Shown in pieces: positions 11,239 to 26,094 of a stretch of DNA of 64,000 bases. Location: NCBI GenBank assembly GCA_951406725.2, contig OX597823.1, positions 103,416,001 to 103,480,000 of the forward strand, written 5' to 3'. The stretch is from Octopus vulgaris (taxonomy: Eukaryota). Made by a program: the position numbers and the translations under genes. Numbering within the stretch: position 1 is the first letter of the stretch; each line of letters starts with the position of its first letter. The notes under the pieces were generated by a model. The model was not told the DNA's origin and searched no databases. It saw nothing but the letters and a program-made list of their open reading frames with translations.

Positions 11239-12910
11239 ATTAAAGTGGTGAGCTAGCGGAATCATGTATACTTCCGCCGACGTTACGTTGTGTTGAAATG
11301 CCGAGGTCGACTTTGCATTTCCCCCCTTTCGGTGTCGATGAAGTAAGTACCAGTTAACCACAGGGACGATGTAACTGACTGGTACCCTCTCCCTCAAATT
11401 GTTGATCCTGTGCCAAAATACGAATTTATTATGATCGGTAAAATCACTAGATTACTGGAAGATGTTTTGCGTCATCGCTTCTGGATCTTTACGCTCTGAG
11501 TTCAAATCCATTTGAGATAAAGCTTACTTTTTATTCCTCTGGGGGTTAATAAATCAGGGAAAGATATAAATGGCAACAGATTATGGGCACTGTGCGTTCC
11601 CACTCAACGAATTGCATATAAATACATATTGATACCTATTATAAGGGACACAAACAATCTTGGTTACGACTTCCTACGCTCAATTTGAAGGCAGAGATCC
11701 ACTTTATATCTCCCATATGATACTATGTCTTTACTTGACCTGCTAGTAATAATAAGCAAATACCTACGAACTCGTACTGTATCAAATTGTAAAGGGAAGG
11801 ACACACTAGATAATTTAGACACAAAGACATACGAGTATACAAAAGGAAGGAAAGAAGTAACAGAGTGGAATGCATTTGATCACAGGTCACCAGGATCTGA
11901 GCTAGCTCAAGGTCAGCAATATCGACAACAATATCAACAATATCGACAACAATAATGCTTTTCCAACTCGCCATCAAGAAAGCTCAATGTGATTGCTGGC
12001 CCTGCTAGAAATTGCGACCAAATCTTCATATCACCAGACCCTACAATCTTAAAAAAAATAGGGTGTACTGGATAATATTGTCTTTGGATAAAAGAATACC
12101 TAGAAAAAAGAAGAAAAAAAGATAGTCACAAATGGAATACCTTTCATCTTAAGTTTGCTGTATCATAGCTGACCCGGAACTACACAACATGAACAACCAC
12201 AAGTAATATAACAACCTTTGGTAAAGTAGTGATGTGGCAAGATTCGTTGTCAGGTCGAGCAGAATGCTTAGCGGTATTTCATCCATCTTTACGTAATGAG
12301 TTATAATTACGCCGAAGTCAATTTTGCCTATCATCCTTTCGTGGGTGTCGTTGAAATAAGTACCAGTTGAGTACTGGTGGTCAATATAATCGACTTATCC
12401 CCTCCCTCGAAATAGTTGGCATTGTACCAATATTTGACATCAATATAGCACTAGCAAGAACGACAAAACAATAAAAGCAAAAACCACGACAATCGCAACA
12501 ACAACCAGAACCCTTTCTAATATAGACAAAGTCTGAAACTTTGGCGGTTAGTCGATTGGTATTTTATCGATCCCGAGGAGATGGAAGGCTAAGTCGAGCT
12601 CGGTGGAATCTGAACTCAGAATGTAAAGACGGACGAAATGCCAGCAAGCATTCTGTCCGGCATGCTAACGATTCTGAGAGCTCGCTGCCTTAATTCTTTC
12701 TAATATAGGCACAAGGCCTGAAATGTTGGTGGAGGGTATAAGTTGGTTACATCAATCGCAGTACTCAACTGATACTTATTTCATCGGCCCCGAAAGGACG
12801 AAAGGCAAAGTTGATCTTGGTGGAATTGGAACTCATAACGTAACGGCAGACGAAATGCTGCTAAACATCTAGTCCGGCGTGTCAACGATTCTTCTAACTC
12901 GCAGCCTTCT
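10980..12910. mobile_element. Cluster of ~6 degenerate SINE family A copies in both orientations, plus family E repeat pieces
   Basis: Recurrent GAGTTCAAATTCCGCCGAGGTCGACTTTGCCTTTCATCCTTTCGGGGTCGAT core at ~11060, 11300, 11500 and 12300 (+) and at ~12600 and 12810 (-). Confidence 0.8.
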
Positions 12911-13184
12911 GCATCAACAATAACAACGGCAACAACAATAAATCACGAAGGAAAATAAGAGCAAAAGGAACAACAACAACGGCTAACAACTGGCACGACA
13001 ATAGAATCATCATCAGCAGCAGTAACAACAACAACAACAGCAACAACAGCAGCAAAAATAGCAACAACAGCAACAGTCACAACCACAAAAACGACAACCA
13101 CTGTAACAACAACACCAACGTTTACACCATCGTGGCCACCACCAACAGCAACAACAACTACCACCACCACCAACAACAACAACA

Positions 13185-13268
<84 letters not shown>

Positions 13269-13739
13269 ACCGCAACGACAATGTGTTTACGAGAGAAAGA
13301 ACTAATTCGTTTTTTGATTCCTTCAAAAATGAAAGGAAGATTCTCACCCATTATTTCTAGACAAAAGCAGATTTTTTTGTTGTCTTAACAATACTACCCA
13401 CCACCATTCCATGCTCCCCTTCGCTTCAATAATATATCCTATTGTCTGGTTTATTGGATGCAACGTGAACGAAGTATCCTGTAAGTAAGATTTCAAACTT
13501 GGTCTCGTGAATCTTACATATTTTGGGTCATGTTTACCATTCTACCATTGTAGGGCTTTATATAGTTTTCTCAGCAATCTCTCTTTCCCCCCCTCTCTCT
13601 CTCTCACACACACACAATAGAACTCGCTTTGTTTATTAGAGTCTGCCTTGATATTTTGTCTTCTGAATGATATCTTCTCAAGATAATACAGCTGCTATGT
13701 ATCAGACTCAGCCAGAGACCTATAGCAAAAGAAGGTCAA

Positions 13740-14185
13740 CGTTGTTGTTGTTGATGATGATGATGATGATGATGATGACGATGATGTTAACGACGATGAT
13801 GATGATGATGATGACGACGACGTTGATAACGATGATGATGATGATGATGATGACGACAATAGTAATGATGATGATATTCATGATGACGATGATGACGATG
13901 ATAATTATGATGATGAAGATGATGATGAGAGTGATGATGATGATAATAATGATAACGCTAATGATGATGATGATAATGATGATGGTGATAATGACAATGA
14001 CGATGATGATAATGACAATAATAATGATGATGATAATCATGATGACGATGATGATAACGAAGATGATGATGATAATGATGTGATAATGATGATGGTGATA
14101 ATGACAATAATAATAATGATGACAGTGATGATGATGATGATAATAATGATGATGATGATGTTGATGATGATGAAGATGATAATGT
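13740..14185. repeat. (GAT/AAT)n compound trinucleotide microsatellite
   Basis: Direct inspection. Confidence 0.95.
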
Positions 14186-14693
14186 TTAGCTCTGATGTCA
14201 ATCTATGACGATCCAAGGACTCCGTCGCCCCTCTCCCTCTTTAGTGTGTCTAAGATATTACATTAGTCAATGTACGATGGCCCTCTCCCCTCATACCTTT
14301 TTCTTTTGAAACTTAAGGTGTAATTTGATATAACTGCTGTCACTTCTAGCAGGTCAAGAACTCCAAGCGTAGAAGATTCCTCAAAGGCTCAATGGGAAAT
14401 TATCGATGTTTGGTACTGCTGTCTGTCTCATTCCTCCTTCATTGTTGATCGGCCAGGTTTCTCACTGTCTCCTTTGTTATTATGATCGATGCGGTGATCG
14501 ATATGCCGATTTGGTGAGACATCGGCTATTATCATTGTTGTTTAACCATAGGACAATCTCAATCAGGTAGATTTATGATCCAAGACACTTTGGAATACTT
14601 CCGACGTGATATGGCCGTTATATATATCTAACATTTTGTGATCCATATTCTTCAGTTGATTTCTAATCCTGTTTTACTTCTTTCCCTTCATCC

Positions 14694-14755
<62 letters not shown>

Positions 14756-16121
14756 CCACCACCACCACCACCACCACCACCACCACCACCACCAAAAAAC
14801 AAAACAAAACAAAAAGGTTGCGTCTCCTCTACTCTGTTCCAAGAATGTCCAGTCACATATCTGGTATCCACCGAGCGTCTTGCAAATATCCAGAATGGAC
14901 ATCAATTACACCTGTCTTAACTGTGAAAAAGCGAGACAAAGATCGCGGGTCGTTTCCCACCAGTCTAACAACACTACACACGACTCACTTTATTCTGAAA
15001 CTAGTCAACGAGGGACAAGCTCTCGGTCTGTTGAAATAGTAGCCTAACCTGCCTGAAATTACACTCCTCTTGAAAAAATAAGTACTCATAGGATAGTGTA
15101 GATATACTTATGATATACAATCAGATGAGATGGTCATGGGTGGAATGGAAACTGACAATATATTTAAAAAATCACTTTACTTTCAAATGCTCTCCTTGCT
15201 TCTCATTTTGCCTGCAATGTAGTGCTACGATTGGTTACTAATGGTCAGGATTTGAAAAACACAATGCATACTCGTTCGTACCTTAAGCTCAAATACCCTT
15301 CTTAGGAGATATCAAAAAGTCTGACGGCTCAACTAGCATTCGTCGTTGTTGCTGTTGTTCAAGCCCTAAATCAATTCTAGTTAATCAGACTTATGGTCAA
15401 AGAATTTCTTCTTTGGGCACTCTATCTTCCTGTGTCGTGGAATTCTCTACGAGGCAAAAGGCTGGGCAAGTTTTTATGTGGGGAATACAAATAGCTACCT
15501 TTGAATGCATGTTCCCTGCTTACAACACCATTGATGTTGTCCAAGCAAAAGGCAAGATAACGGGCGACATAACTCGGCTCTAGTGTCGCAGATGTTGAAA
15601 TCAGAACGCAAACAATCTAATGCATTCCATCTAATGGTCTAACCATTCCGCCAATTCACCATCCTGGACCGAAGGCAATGTTGACTGTATGGCATTTTAT
15701 CTATTCATTCAGCCACTCTGTTTGCTGTACTTCAAATTCGTTAGAGCGCGTATACTTAAGCAGTTAATTTGGGATCATATTATCTGATGTTCCCTTCCAT
15801 TTTGAGATGCATAATTTGAAGGAAATTTGACTGCTATTTCTTAAAGATTGGGCAATTACGTAGATGACAACTATCTCTTGTTTAAACCATATGAAATATT
15901 TATATAAAAGCAAAATAAATTCATATAGACAATTGAAAGGAAAAACTCTCCCCCAAACTCTTGGAGTTATTTCAATATTGGTATGCTTGCTTATGACTTT
16001 CATCTTTCTTTTAGACCCCTACCTCTCACCACTACAACAAAAACAAACGTCAAGGGCACGGCAATTGTCAATGGAGTGAGGATAGGGTGGTGTCGCCAGC
16101 TGGATGGTGACTGTAGTCGTA

Positions 16122-16146
16122 GTCATGTGACGAGTGACGTCACTCG
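16122..16146. promoter_or_regulatory. Adjacent M-box/CLEAR-type E-box (GTCATGTGAC) and full CRE (TGACGTCA) inside a 16-bp perfect palindrome
   Basis: GTCATGTGAC at 16122-16131. CGAGTGACGTCACTCG at 16131-16146. Both lie in a CpG-containing, non-repeat-looking patch. Function is inferred only. Confidence 0.35.
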
Positions 16147-16475
16147 ATGGTTGCGTTTGAAGTCATGCGGACATCTTAGAAAAGATCAGCGTTATGAGGA
16201 AAGCACTTGAGCGATTGTTTCACAAAAACAGTGACAAACTACAACAAACAATAAAAAAAACCCGAGCACACCAGCAGCAGCAGCAGCAGCAACAACAACA
16301 CAAACAACCACAACAAAACAACATCAACAATAATGGCAACAACATCAATGGCAACGACAATGGTCTCAAGAGAATGGTAGATTCCATTATGATTTGAACT
16401 GATCTTATATTTTGTTCAAATCTTTTTATTCCATTCTCTTTTTTTCTTACTCTGTTCTTTTCTTTTATTCAGTAT

Positions 16476-16555
<80 letters not shown>

Positions 16556-17754
16556 TTCACATTAAGCAAACCATCTTGCAGCGCTACACACCCATTCTAT
16601 GAATCAAACGAGGAGCGTTGGTTTTTATTGCAGACGTTCGACCAGCTAAAAATAGCAGCCAGTCAGCTTTTGCCCAGCCTTACCAGTTTCGACAAAGGAG
16701 AAATACATTGGGTAATGTAGCTCCTAATAGAAAATGGTCCAGTGAAGGAAAGAGGATCATGGTTGGAGTGCTCTTGGACATAAACGAGTTCAGTTAGGTT
16801 TCACCTCAAAGACAAAAACAAAGACAAGAATAATTCTTTCTAATTTTGGCACGAGGTCAGCAATCTAAGGGTGAAGTTGTTTGTCGATTAATTGATATTT
16901 ATTTTATCGACTTTGAGAGGATGGGAGGTAAAGTTAACCTTAACAAGATTTTTCATTCAAAGCCCTCGGGAACTTAAAACATAGAGAGTTTTAGTTTAGT
17001 GGTTATTTTATCGGCTTGGTTTGCCAAACCGATAAGTTACGGGGACGTAAACACACCAACATCGGTTGTCAATCGTTGTTGGGGCGAGGAGCAAACACAG
17101 ACACACAAACATATACATACACATACATGCATATATATATATATATATATGGGCTCGTCCGCTGCTGTAGACTGTACTAATAATACCCGTTCTACATATG
17201 AGCTGCACAATAAAGATCTCATTGTAGCAAGATATGCTCAAATGTCTAATCACAGAAACCCTTGCTATTGCACAAAGGACTGGATGTTGTGGTGGAAAAG
17301 TTAGGCCTTAGAGCTACGCCTTGCTTACTTAAGCCCTTCTCTGCCTGTAGAACACAACCCATCGACAAAGTTTCTCCACTGGCTTCACTCTGGGTTGTCT
17401 TTTTACTTTTCTCTTGTTTGATCTCTGTACTTTTAACTCTGCCTCAGTATACTGCCTCCATCTAATTTTAGGGCGTCCTCTGTGTAAGTACATATGATGC
17501 CCAAACCGTCTCCTATAGTCTTCAATTATAGTTTTGTTGATCAAGATATAATCTTTACCGACATATGAGCTTTTGCAGAATCTCGTCTGCTTTCCTGTAA
17601 ACAGGTTGTTTTATTTATTCTCTACGTGTCCCCGAAAGAAAGCTTTTTTTTCTCCTGTCTTGTTTGCTTTTAATTGTCGTCCATGCTCCAGTAATTTTGT
17701 TGTTTTTTTCTAGGTAGGGATGTTCCCGAACGCAAATTCATTTTTATGGTCCAT

Positions 17755-17872
17755 ATTAGACTGGCCTCCACCCGTTGATCTGTCCAGCATGGGAAGCTCC
17801 ACCAAGAGCCTGCGCACCGCTGGCATTGCTCCCAGTGTCATTGGGGCACGTAGGTTACCTCATCGCAACAAG
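17755..17872 (-). mobile_element. RTE-clade LINE 5' UTR remnant
   Basis: Minus strand CCTTGTTGCGATGAGGTAACCTACGTGCCCCAATGACACTGGGAGCAATGCCAGC...CCCATGCTGGACAGATC resembles the conserved RTE 5' leader (recognised from memory). Confidence 0.5.
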
Positions 17873-19211
17873 GACTGGATGTTGGGGTGGAAAAGTTAGG
17901 CCTTAGAGCCAGAAGATTGCAGAAGGGCCGATCAATTTCCAGCCCTCTACAAAACACAGAAATGACTCTAGTGCGAGTGTTGTTCACAAAGCAGCAGAAA
18001 TATTAGTGGTAAGGCGAATAAACTGCGCCGTTTGAGTGATGGATGTTGTCTCGCGGTATTTGTTCCGACTCTAGGCATCCTGATGTCAGCTTTGTTTTTT
18101 TAACCTTTCAGAGTCGATTAAAAAAACCCTTCTTTTTCTAGTGTCGCCCGCTTGATGATGAGCCATATCTCATTCGGTTCGCAAGGTCGCTCTTGCGTGA
18201 AATAAAGTAAGATATTTCATAAATATCAGTCTCAGCTAGAAAACTAATCGCCCATATTCTTTATATCCGAGGAGTTTTCTTTTATTCCTTTATTCACTTT
18301 TAAAAATTACTTCTGTCATTGAACTGCAGCCTTGTTGGGGCACCACTCTCTAGGGTTTAGTCCAGATATGGGCAAACTGTAGGTTGTGGGACATTTTGAA
18401 TGGTACTTCAAACGAAAAAATTACCGAGAAATTTTTAGTAATTCGTCTGATGATTCATGTTTCGTACGGTCCACTTCTTGAAAAAGTCGACCATGACTGG
18501 TATAGACTCTACAATGTAGAGCTTGTGATAGTGATATATCTAACAAATCGCTCGGCCACGCTGGAGGCTTTTCCGTTCGCTCGGTGTTATTTATGTTATT
18601 GGTTGAGTTGTTGTTCAGCTCCCGGGTCAACAATGAGCAAGTAGATCTATGATCGAAATTGTTCCAACCGTGACCATGCCATCTTTTTGAATTCCTAGAA
18701 CTACATAATCAAGCGTGTCTCGTCTTTACCAAGGCGTTGAGGAATGCAATTTTAGGGAAATATTTGGCTGCTATATCTAGCAAGCCAAATGAGTGCATAT
18801 CGGCACTCATTGCTGTTGATGAAATTAATACTGTTGTTATTGTAGGTGTTTGAGGTAATGATTGTTATTTGTAATAAAGAGAGTAGCAGCAGCAGCAGCA
18901 GCAGCAGCAGCACTAATCGTAGCAGTGAAGATGAGGATAATGGTTCTGCAGATGTTCTGCAGGGTTTAAGGGGCGATGGTTGTTACATTGCTGCTGCTCT
19001 TGCCGCTGGTGTTGCTCTTGTTACTGTTCCTGATTTTGGTATTGTAAATGGTTGTAGCAATCGTGAGGAATAGTTGGAGGAGCAAAACAATTAAATGTCC
19101 TTGAAAGTGTTGACAATATGCATTCATACACACACATATTAACATACATTCGCGAATATATACACATAAAAACATACACCACACACATATGTTGTAATGT
19201 ATAAGTTTTAA

Positions 19212-19265
<54 letters not shown>

Positions 19266-19330
19266 TACGTTAATCTCAATTGAAACATTGTCGGATAGAA
19301 AATTCAATATGTGTTGTAGAGTTAAATATC

Positions 19331-19409
<79 letters not shown>

Positions 19410-19414
19410 GTATA

Positions 19415-19469
<55 letters not shown>

Positions 19470-20259
19470 ATGTATATATATATATATATGTATATGTGTG
19501 TGTGTACATATGTATGTATGTATACATATGCATGTATGTGCATATGTGTGTGCGTAAAAATTTGAATGTGTCTTGTTGAAACGGCATACAGTTTGAACAA
19601 AGCTCTTTCAAGGTGAAACTCATATAAGTAACTGTAAGTAATGACACACGCACACACGCAAACACATACATGCACACACATATATATATATATATATACA
19701 CGCACATGCACGTATTCACGTTCGAAAGTGAGTGTGTGAGTGTGTATATACACATACACACATACATATATATATACATATATACATATGTCTGCATTTA
19801 TGTATTTATTCATGAATATATACGTATGGATATTCACAGGCCAGTCGACAATGCGCACACAAAATCACATACATATGCTTACAAATACTTTTGCGATAAA
19901 CACACACACACCATGACCCTAACCTCAACTGTATCAATCACATATCAGGACTTTAGCACTGGCACATGCTCACATGCAATCATACATATACATGCAAACG
20001 CGGCGCATACACATACACACACATATACATACATATTGTTATCTATACAGAAAGACGCATAAATGCACACAATACTTAGCTTTAATCCTAACCATACCAA
20101 AGTCAGAAGCTTAATTTTATTTAGATTTCAGTTTCTGATGATTGATTCACCAGAGTTGACCTCACGTTGATCTCTTAGAGTTTTTTTTTAGTTTAGTCTT
20201 GTTGTTTTATTCACCGGCCAGTTAAAATTATTGTACCTATAACTTACTACTGAGAGTAT

Positions 20260-21480
20260 TGATACCTATTGCTTTATTCTGCCAGTTCGCCTATACAAAA
20301 CGTCTAGAATATTGTTGTCTAATCTTTTCTTTTATTTGTATTTTCTCTAAGTTATTAAATGCATTGGTTCTGAAGTATTTGTATATATCTATTATGATTC
20401 TCATATTTCAATCTTTTTATCGAGTGTCCTTGATCAATTTTGGTCTCTTCAATTACCGTCCCTTGAGCATTTTTCCAGTCCGAAGCTCATATCAGTTCTT
20501 GCAATTAATCTTTTTACTATCCGTGGCAGTGTTTCTAGATGTTTAGCATCTGAAACGTACAGCTTGAAGTTGGCGTCCTTCAGTTCCATCTGCTTTCGAG
20601 ACCTGCCTGGTTTAGCATGAAGCATAAAGATGTTAATACCAGACAAATGCAAAATAGGAGTGGAGGATTATTCCCCTTCTCGCGGAGATATATTTAGTTA
20701 TTATATAGCTCTTCTGTCTGAATCTGCAAAATTATTTGTCATTCACGATGAGTTTAATGTATCTGTCTACTATCGACACTATCTTAATTACGGCTAGTGT
20801 TTCCGGGATTCAATCTGAGCAACTCTACCAAATATCTCCTGATAGTAAGTACATATGATGCCCAAACCGTCTCCTATAGTCTTCAATTATAGTTTTGTTG
20901 ATCAAGAAATAATCTTTACCGACATACGAGCTTTTGCAGAATCTCGTCTGCTTTCCTGTAAACCGGCTGTTTTATTTACTCTCTACGCCAGTGCTTTTCA
21001 AACTTTTTGCTGGAGCGGAACCCCAAGAAAACATTTCTCTGGATCGAGGAACCCCTGTGCAATAATTTAATTGTCTTATGCACACATATCTGCACAGGAG
21101 AATTAAAAATTACTGTCGATTTGAGCATTTTTGTAACTTCTTGCGGAACCCCTGGACTGTACTGGCGGAACCCTGGTTGAAAACCACTGCTCTACGCTAT
21201 CAGTTGGTGTTGAGGTTTTTGTAGGTTGTAAGCAGACAGGTTATGTGTCTGCAGTTTATACGCTTCACCTTTCTTTTCTCTAGATATTAAGATTATTTCC
21301 CTCTCAGTGTGGCAATTAGGTGTCTCCTCCATTCTACTTTATTAAGCGTCACTGTTTGCAGTTTATGCTTCATAATTAAACATTGTAATCAAAAGCATAG
21401 GAGCTTATGTGCTGGTGTCTTCAAGTCTTGTTTTTAGCAGTCTCTGGCTTATTTCTTCTGTTGTTATCGCTTCCCATGAT
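20260..21480 (-). mobile_element. R4/Dong-like non-LTR retrotransposon RT relic, interrupted by a hAT MITE
   Basis: LINKTIIEDYRRR and DANFKLYVSDAKHLETL...DMSFGLEKC match the R4 pattern DDLKLY...DIGM.FGL.KC. Confidence 0.65.
20989..21189. mobile_element. hAT-type MITE, copy 2, with 8-bp TSD CTCTACGC
   Basis: TSD at 20981-20988 and 21190-21197. TIR CAGTGCTTTTCAA/TTGAAAACCACTG. An 8-bp TSD is typical of hAT. Confidence 0.93.
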
Positions 21481-23399
21481 TGTGCAGATATATAAGTACC
21501 AGACTAAAAAATACGTAGGTACTGGGATAATTTGTTCGACTAAAACCCTTCAAGACGGTGTTCCAGCATAGCCGTCGTCCAATGATTGAAAAAGGTAAAG
21601 GATAAAAGTATTATTTGTCTTTATTTTTGTCGTTGTTTAGTTTTGGTATTATCTCTCCTATCTTAACCCTTTCACCACAATCCTATTTATAGTCTTTTGT
21701 GTTGTTCTGCTTTGAATATATTGATCAGGAACTGTTGACGGAAGGTCATGAAGTTGGCTGCAGAAGCAGTGGAGGTTGCCTCAAGGTGACGGTGGATCAG
21801 GTACTAAAAGCCCCGGAAGGGGAGGTGTGACTAAGGATAGTGGATATAAGTTGGGGTCAACTTCGAATGGGTTTGCCTGGGGTGTGGGTGTCTGATGTTG
21901 AATGACCCGAAATACCTAATGAGAGGAAACTTTGCTGATGAGGTATCCAGACGTATTACAAGATGATGGTTGGAAAAACTAGGTTTGGCTTTGTTGTATT
22001 TCGTTATTTACTTTGTTTTGTACGTGTTAGGTTACGTTCTCATTGTCTTTATGCTTGTTTTGTGTTTGTTACTTGTGGTTTTTTTAATGTATTATTTCTT
22101 TTATGTAATCTATTTCGACCTCTGATATTTTTTTGTTTTCGAGAGTGTATCATCTTAATGTAGCAAGTCTGTTGGGATCTAACGTTACGTGTAGGTAGGG
22201 ATTATTTTCCTTCCAATTTTTATACCATTATATTGTCGAAGTTTCTTTTGGGTGGGCAAAGTGTCGCTGTGAAACATGCATGAAAACAGAAAACATATCC
22301 CTCTCGTATCCATTTACGCCTTTTCTGTTATATTTACGAGACTTGAAATGTAACCTCTGGAAATTTTAGATTATCTTAATTTTCGTCTGATACCGGTTTA
22401 TTTTTTCTGATGATGTTGCATTTTATGTACTTCATTTTTCGTACTTTTTACGCATCGGATTCAAAGTACATATTTCTCTATTAATTTATGTTACAGTTTT
22501 TATTATATTTTTCTCTTTTTTTTTCCTGTGTGAGGACGTAATCGGCTTGGTGTTGATATGAACCATACGCCGATAGTTTGTTTACAAATGGTGGGTATCA
22601 GATCGCCCACCACTATGAACATTTTTTAATACATTAATTATATGAAGCAATACTTTATACATTTCACAACTATTATTTGTACATTTATCCATCAACATTA
22701 CAGTAATTTGATTTGATCCGTTGTCTTTTAACCGTTATTAATAGATATTTCTATTTTTCGGAGCAGCTGTCATGTAACGTTTTCTCGTGCTAAACGCCCC
22801 CCAATGTTGTCTTCTTCTTCTTTTTCTTCTTCTTCTTCTTCTTCTTCTTCTTCTTCTTCTTCTCCTCCTCCTCCTCCTCCTCCTCCTCCTTCCTTCGTCG
22901 TCGTCCTTTTCATCCTCCTCCTCCCCTCCTCCTAGTTTTCACCTCCTTGAATTTCAAGCAATAGTTCAGGATGGGGGTGGGGAGTTCCTTAAAATAGTAG
23001 TGGTAGTAGTAGTACTAGTAGCAGTGAGGTGTATCTTGGATTACATTCTTTAATGAGTTTCCTCTTCCTGGTTAAAGCAGTGAGGCTTTGATTTGAGGGA
23101 TAGCTGGCTGCTATTTCTTGTAGTTTGGGGGACCAGGTGGAGAAAGAGATTCCTAGGGTTTCTTTAATTAGTTGCTTTGATTAGCTGTTATAATTAATAG
23201 ATTATGGTCACTTATTTTATCGATCCCGGGTTTGTAGGTGGCGATAGTGACGAGTAGAAAAGTAGGACAAAATTCAAAATTGAACTCGGGCTACATTTGA
23301 ACTCGGTACTGCAGCATGGCATTTTATTTGATCTTCTAATGCCTCTGCCAGTCATTGCCCCAGTGATGGCACTACTAGTGGTGGTGGCGATGATGATAA

Positions 23400-23615
23400 T
23401 AATCCTTTCTACTGTGGGCACAAGGCCTGAAATTTTTGGGGAAGGGACTAGTCAATTACATCGACCCCAGTGTTTTGCTGGTACTTAATTTATCGGCCCC
23501 GAAAGAATGAAAGGCAAAGTCGACCTCGGCGGAATTTGAACTTAGAATGTAAAGACCCACGAAATGTCGTTAAGCATTTCGCTCGGCGTGCTAACGATTC
23601 TGCCAGCCCGCCACC
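23400..23615 (-). mobile_element. SINE family A copy
   Basis: GAAAGGCAAAGTCGACCTCGGCGGAATTTGAAC...GCTAACGATTCTGCCAGCCCGCC. Confidence 0.85.
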
Positions 23616-23625
23616 AGTGATATTG

Positions 23626-24001
<376 letters not shown>

Positions 24002-24377
24002 TTCTTTTATTGGCCTCAAGGACTCCACCTCCAACATTTTGGGGCTCAATACAAAGGCGAATGCAAGTCGTGGTGGCGCCGGCGGAGCAATTGATGTAGT
24101 AGCGAATGCTTTAATGATTGTCCAAGGTGAAGGCTGAAGATAGCGAGGAGTGATAAGAATATAGATTAAAAGGGTTGGGGGTAGGTGTGTAGGTGTGTAG
24201 TTTGGTGGGTAGTTAGGGTAGGGTAAATAAATTAGGGATAAAACTTGCAGATTCGAAACTGATTTTACGTCTGGTCTGAGGGCGTTGGCCATATCTAATA
24301 CTTGGGCGGTGGCAAGAACGAAAAACAAAATAAAATTAAAAACAAAAAACACCACCACCACCACCACCACCACCACC

Positions 24378-24443
<66 letters not shown>

Positions 24444-24710
24444 TGTTATAATAATAATACAAAGCAAAACAAAAACGTGAGAGAATGAGGCATCGAGAAG
24501 ACAGGAGTGAAGACGGGATATTAAGAGAACACCATATCGTTACAGATTGGTATTTGGTTTCATCTAACGTTATAACTTATACAAACTAGGCTATTGTGGT
24601 CTTTCTGTCTGCCTGTCTCTCTGTCGGTTTATATGTATGTATGCATGTGGATGCATGTATGTATGCATGTATCTATGTCTATATGTATGAATGCGTGTAT
24701 GAAAATATAC

Positions 24711-24756
<46 letters not shown>

Positions 24757-24865
24757 ATACGTGTCTGTCTCTGCCTATCTGTCCATCTATCTGTCTCTTT
24801 GTATGTCTCAGTTACCATGCATGTATCATTATCCGTCTATGTTTATACGCCTGTGTCTGCTTCTC

Positions 24866-24916
<51 letters not shown>

Positions 24917-25247
24917 TTCTGTCCGTCTATCTGTCTGTATGTCCGTCATTCCGTCTGTCTGTCTGTCTGTCTCCATGTATGTATCGCTCTATGTCTGTGT
25001 GTGCATGTGTGCGTCCGTGCGTGTATGTGTCCCCGCGTGTGCCTTTAACAGAGCTAAATACTTCATTATCTCAACTTATTTTTTTTAATTGTTGCTTCTG
25101 TGTCCCGAAAATCAACGAACAATGTTGCAACTGGCGTGTTTCATACATACACACACACACACACACACATACATACATACATACATACATACATACATAC
25201 ATACATACATACATACATACATACATACATACATACATACATACACA

Positions 25248-25665
25248 TGATACAAAAATACAAGACCAGATTTATACCAGTAGGTACTGGGTACTAGGTT
25301 ATGTAACAAATTGTCCTAGCACCAATCTTGAGAAATTAGGTTTCACAAAGCCAAAAAGGGAGAAATTAAGGTTCTTATAACCAAAAGGGAGAATGCGAAT
25401 TAGATTACAGAGACAAGTCATCAATAGAGATGTAAAAAATACCAAAAGTTTAACATGTAAGTACACATGCACATATTTAAACATGCAAACTACATGCATG
25501 AATGCACATGTAGAACAAAACATACAGATCTGTAAACACACTGATTCCATGTATGTATTAATCATTTAAATATATATGAGAATGTCTGGATATGCAACTA
25601 TATGCATGAGAATACATACACAAAGCAAAACATACAAATCTGCGCATATACATACATGCATACAT
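25248..25665 (+). mobile_element. R4/Dong-like LINE 3' end, copy 1
   Basis: RFIPV..GVLGYVTNCPSTNLEKLGFTKPKREKL. The 3' UTR (25560-25655) is shared with 26541-26630. Preceded by (TACA)n. Confidence 0.7.
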
Positions 25666-25669
25666 TAAC

Positions 25670-25945
25670 TGGCACTTCGTCAGTGGCGCAAACCAGGGTC
25701 CCATTTGATTCGATCAACAGAACAACCTACTCGCGAAATTAAAATGCAAGTGGCTGATCACTCCATAGACAGGCGTACCCTTAACGTAGTTCTTAGGGAG
25801 ATTCAGCATGACACAAAATGTGACAAGGCTGGACCTTTGAAATACAGGTACAACTCCTTTTTTTGCCAGCTGAGTGGACTGGAGCAACATGAAGTTTTCA
25901 AACTCATGACCTTACGAATACCTTAACCACTACGCCACCCGCCTT
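25670..25945 (-). mobile_element. SINE family C partial copy
   Basis: Matches 32750-32900 (GAAATTAA..TGCAAGTGGCTGA.CACTCCA...CCCTTAACGTAGTTCT). Confidence 0.75.
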
Positions 25946-26026
<81 letters not shown>

Positions 26027-26094
26027 TACATGCGTAGAAATAAAACAAAACAATAATGTACATACATACATACATACATACATATGTTGTTATA

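Noticed and set aside
18150-18195. Hammerhead-like TTGATGATGAGCC...GGTTCGCAAGGTC
   Set aside because: Two or more core mismatches; cannot be supported by eye.
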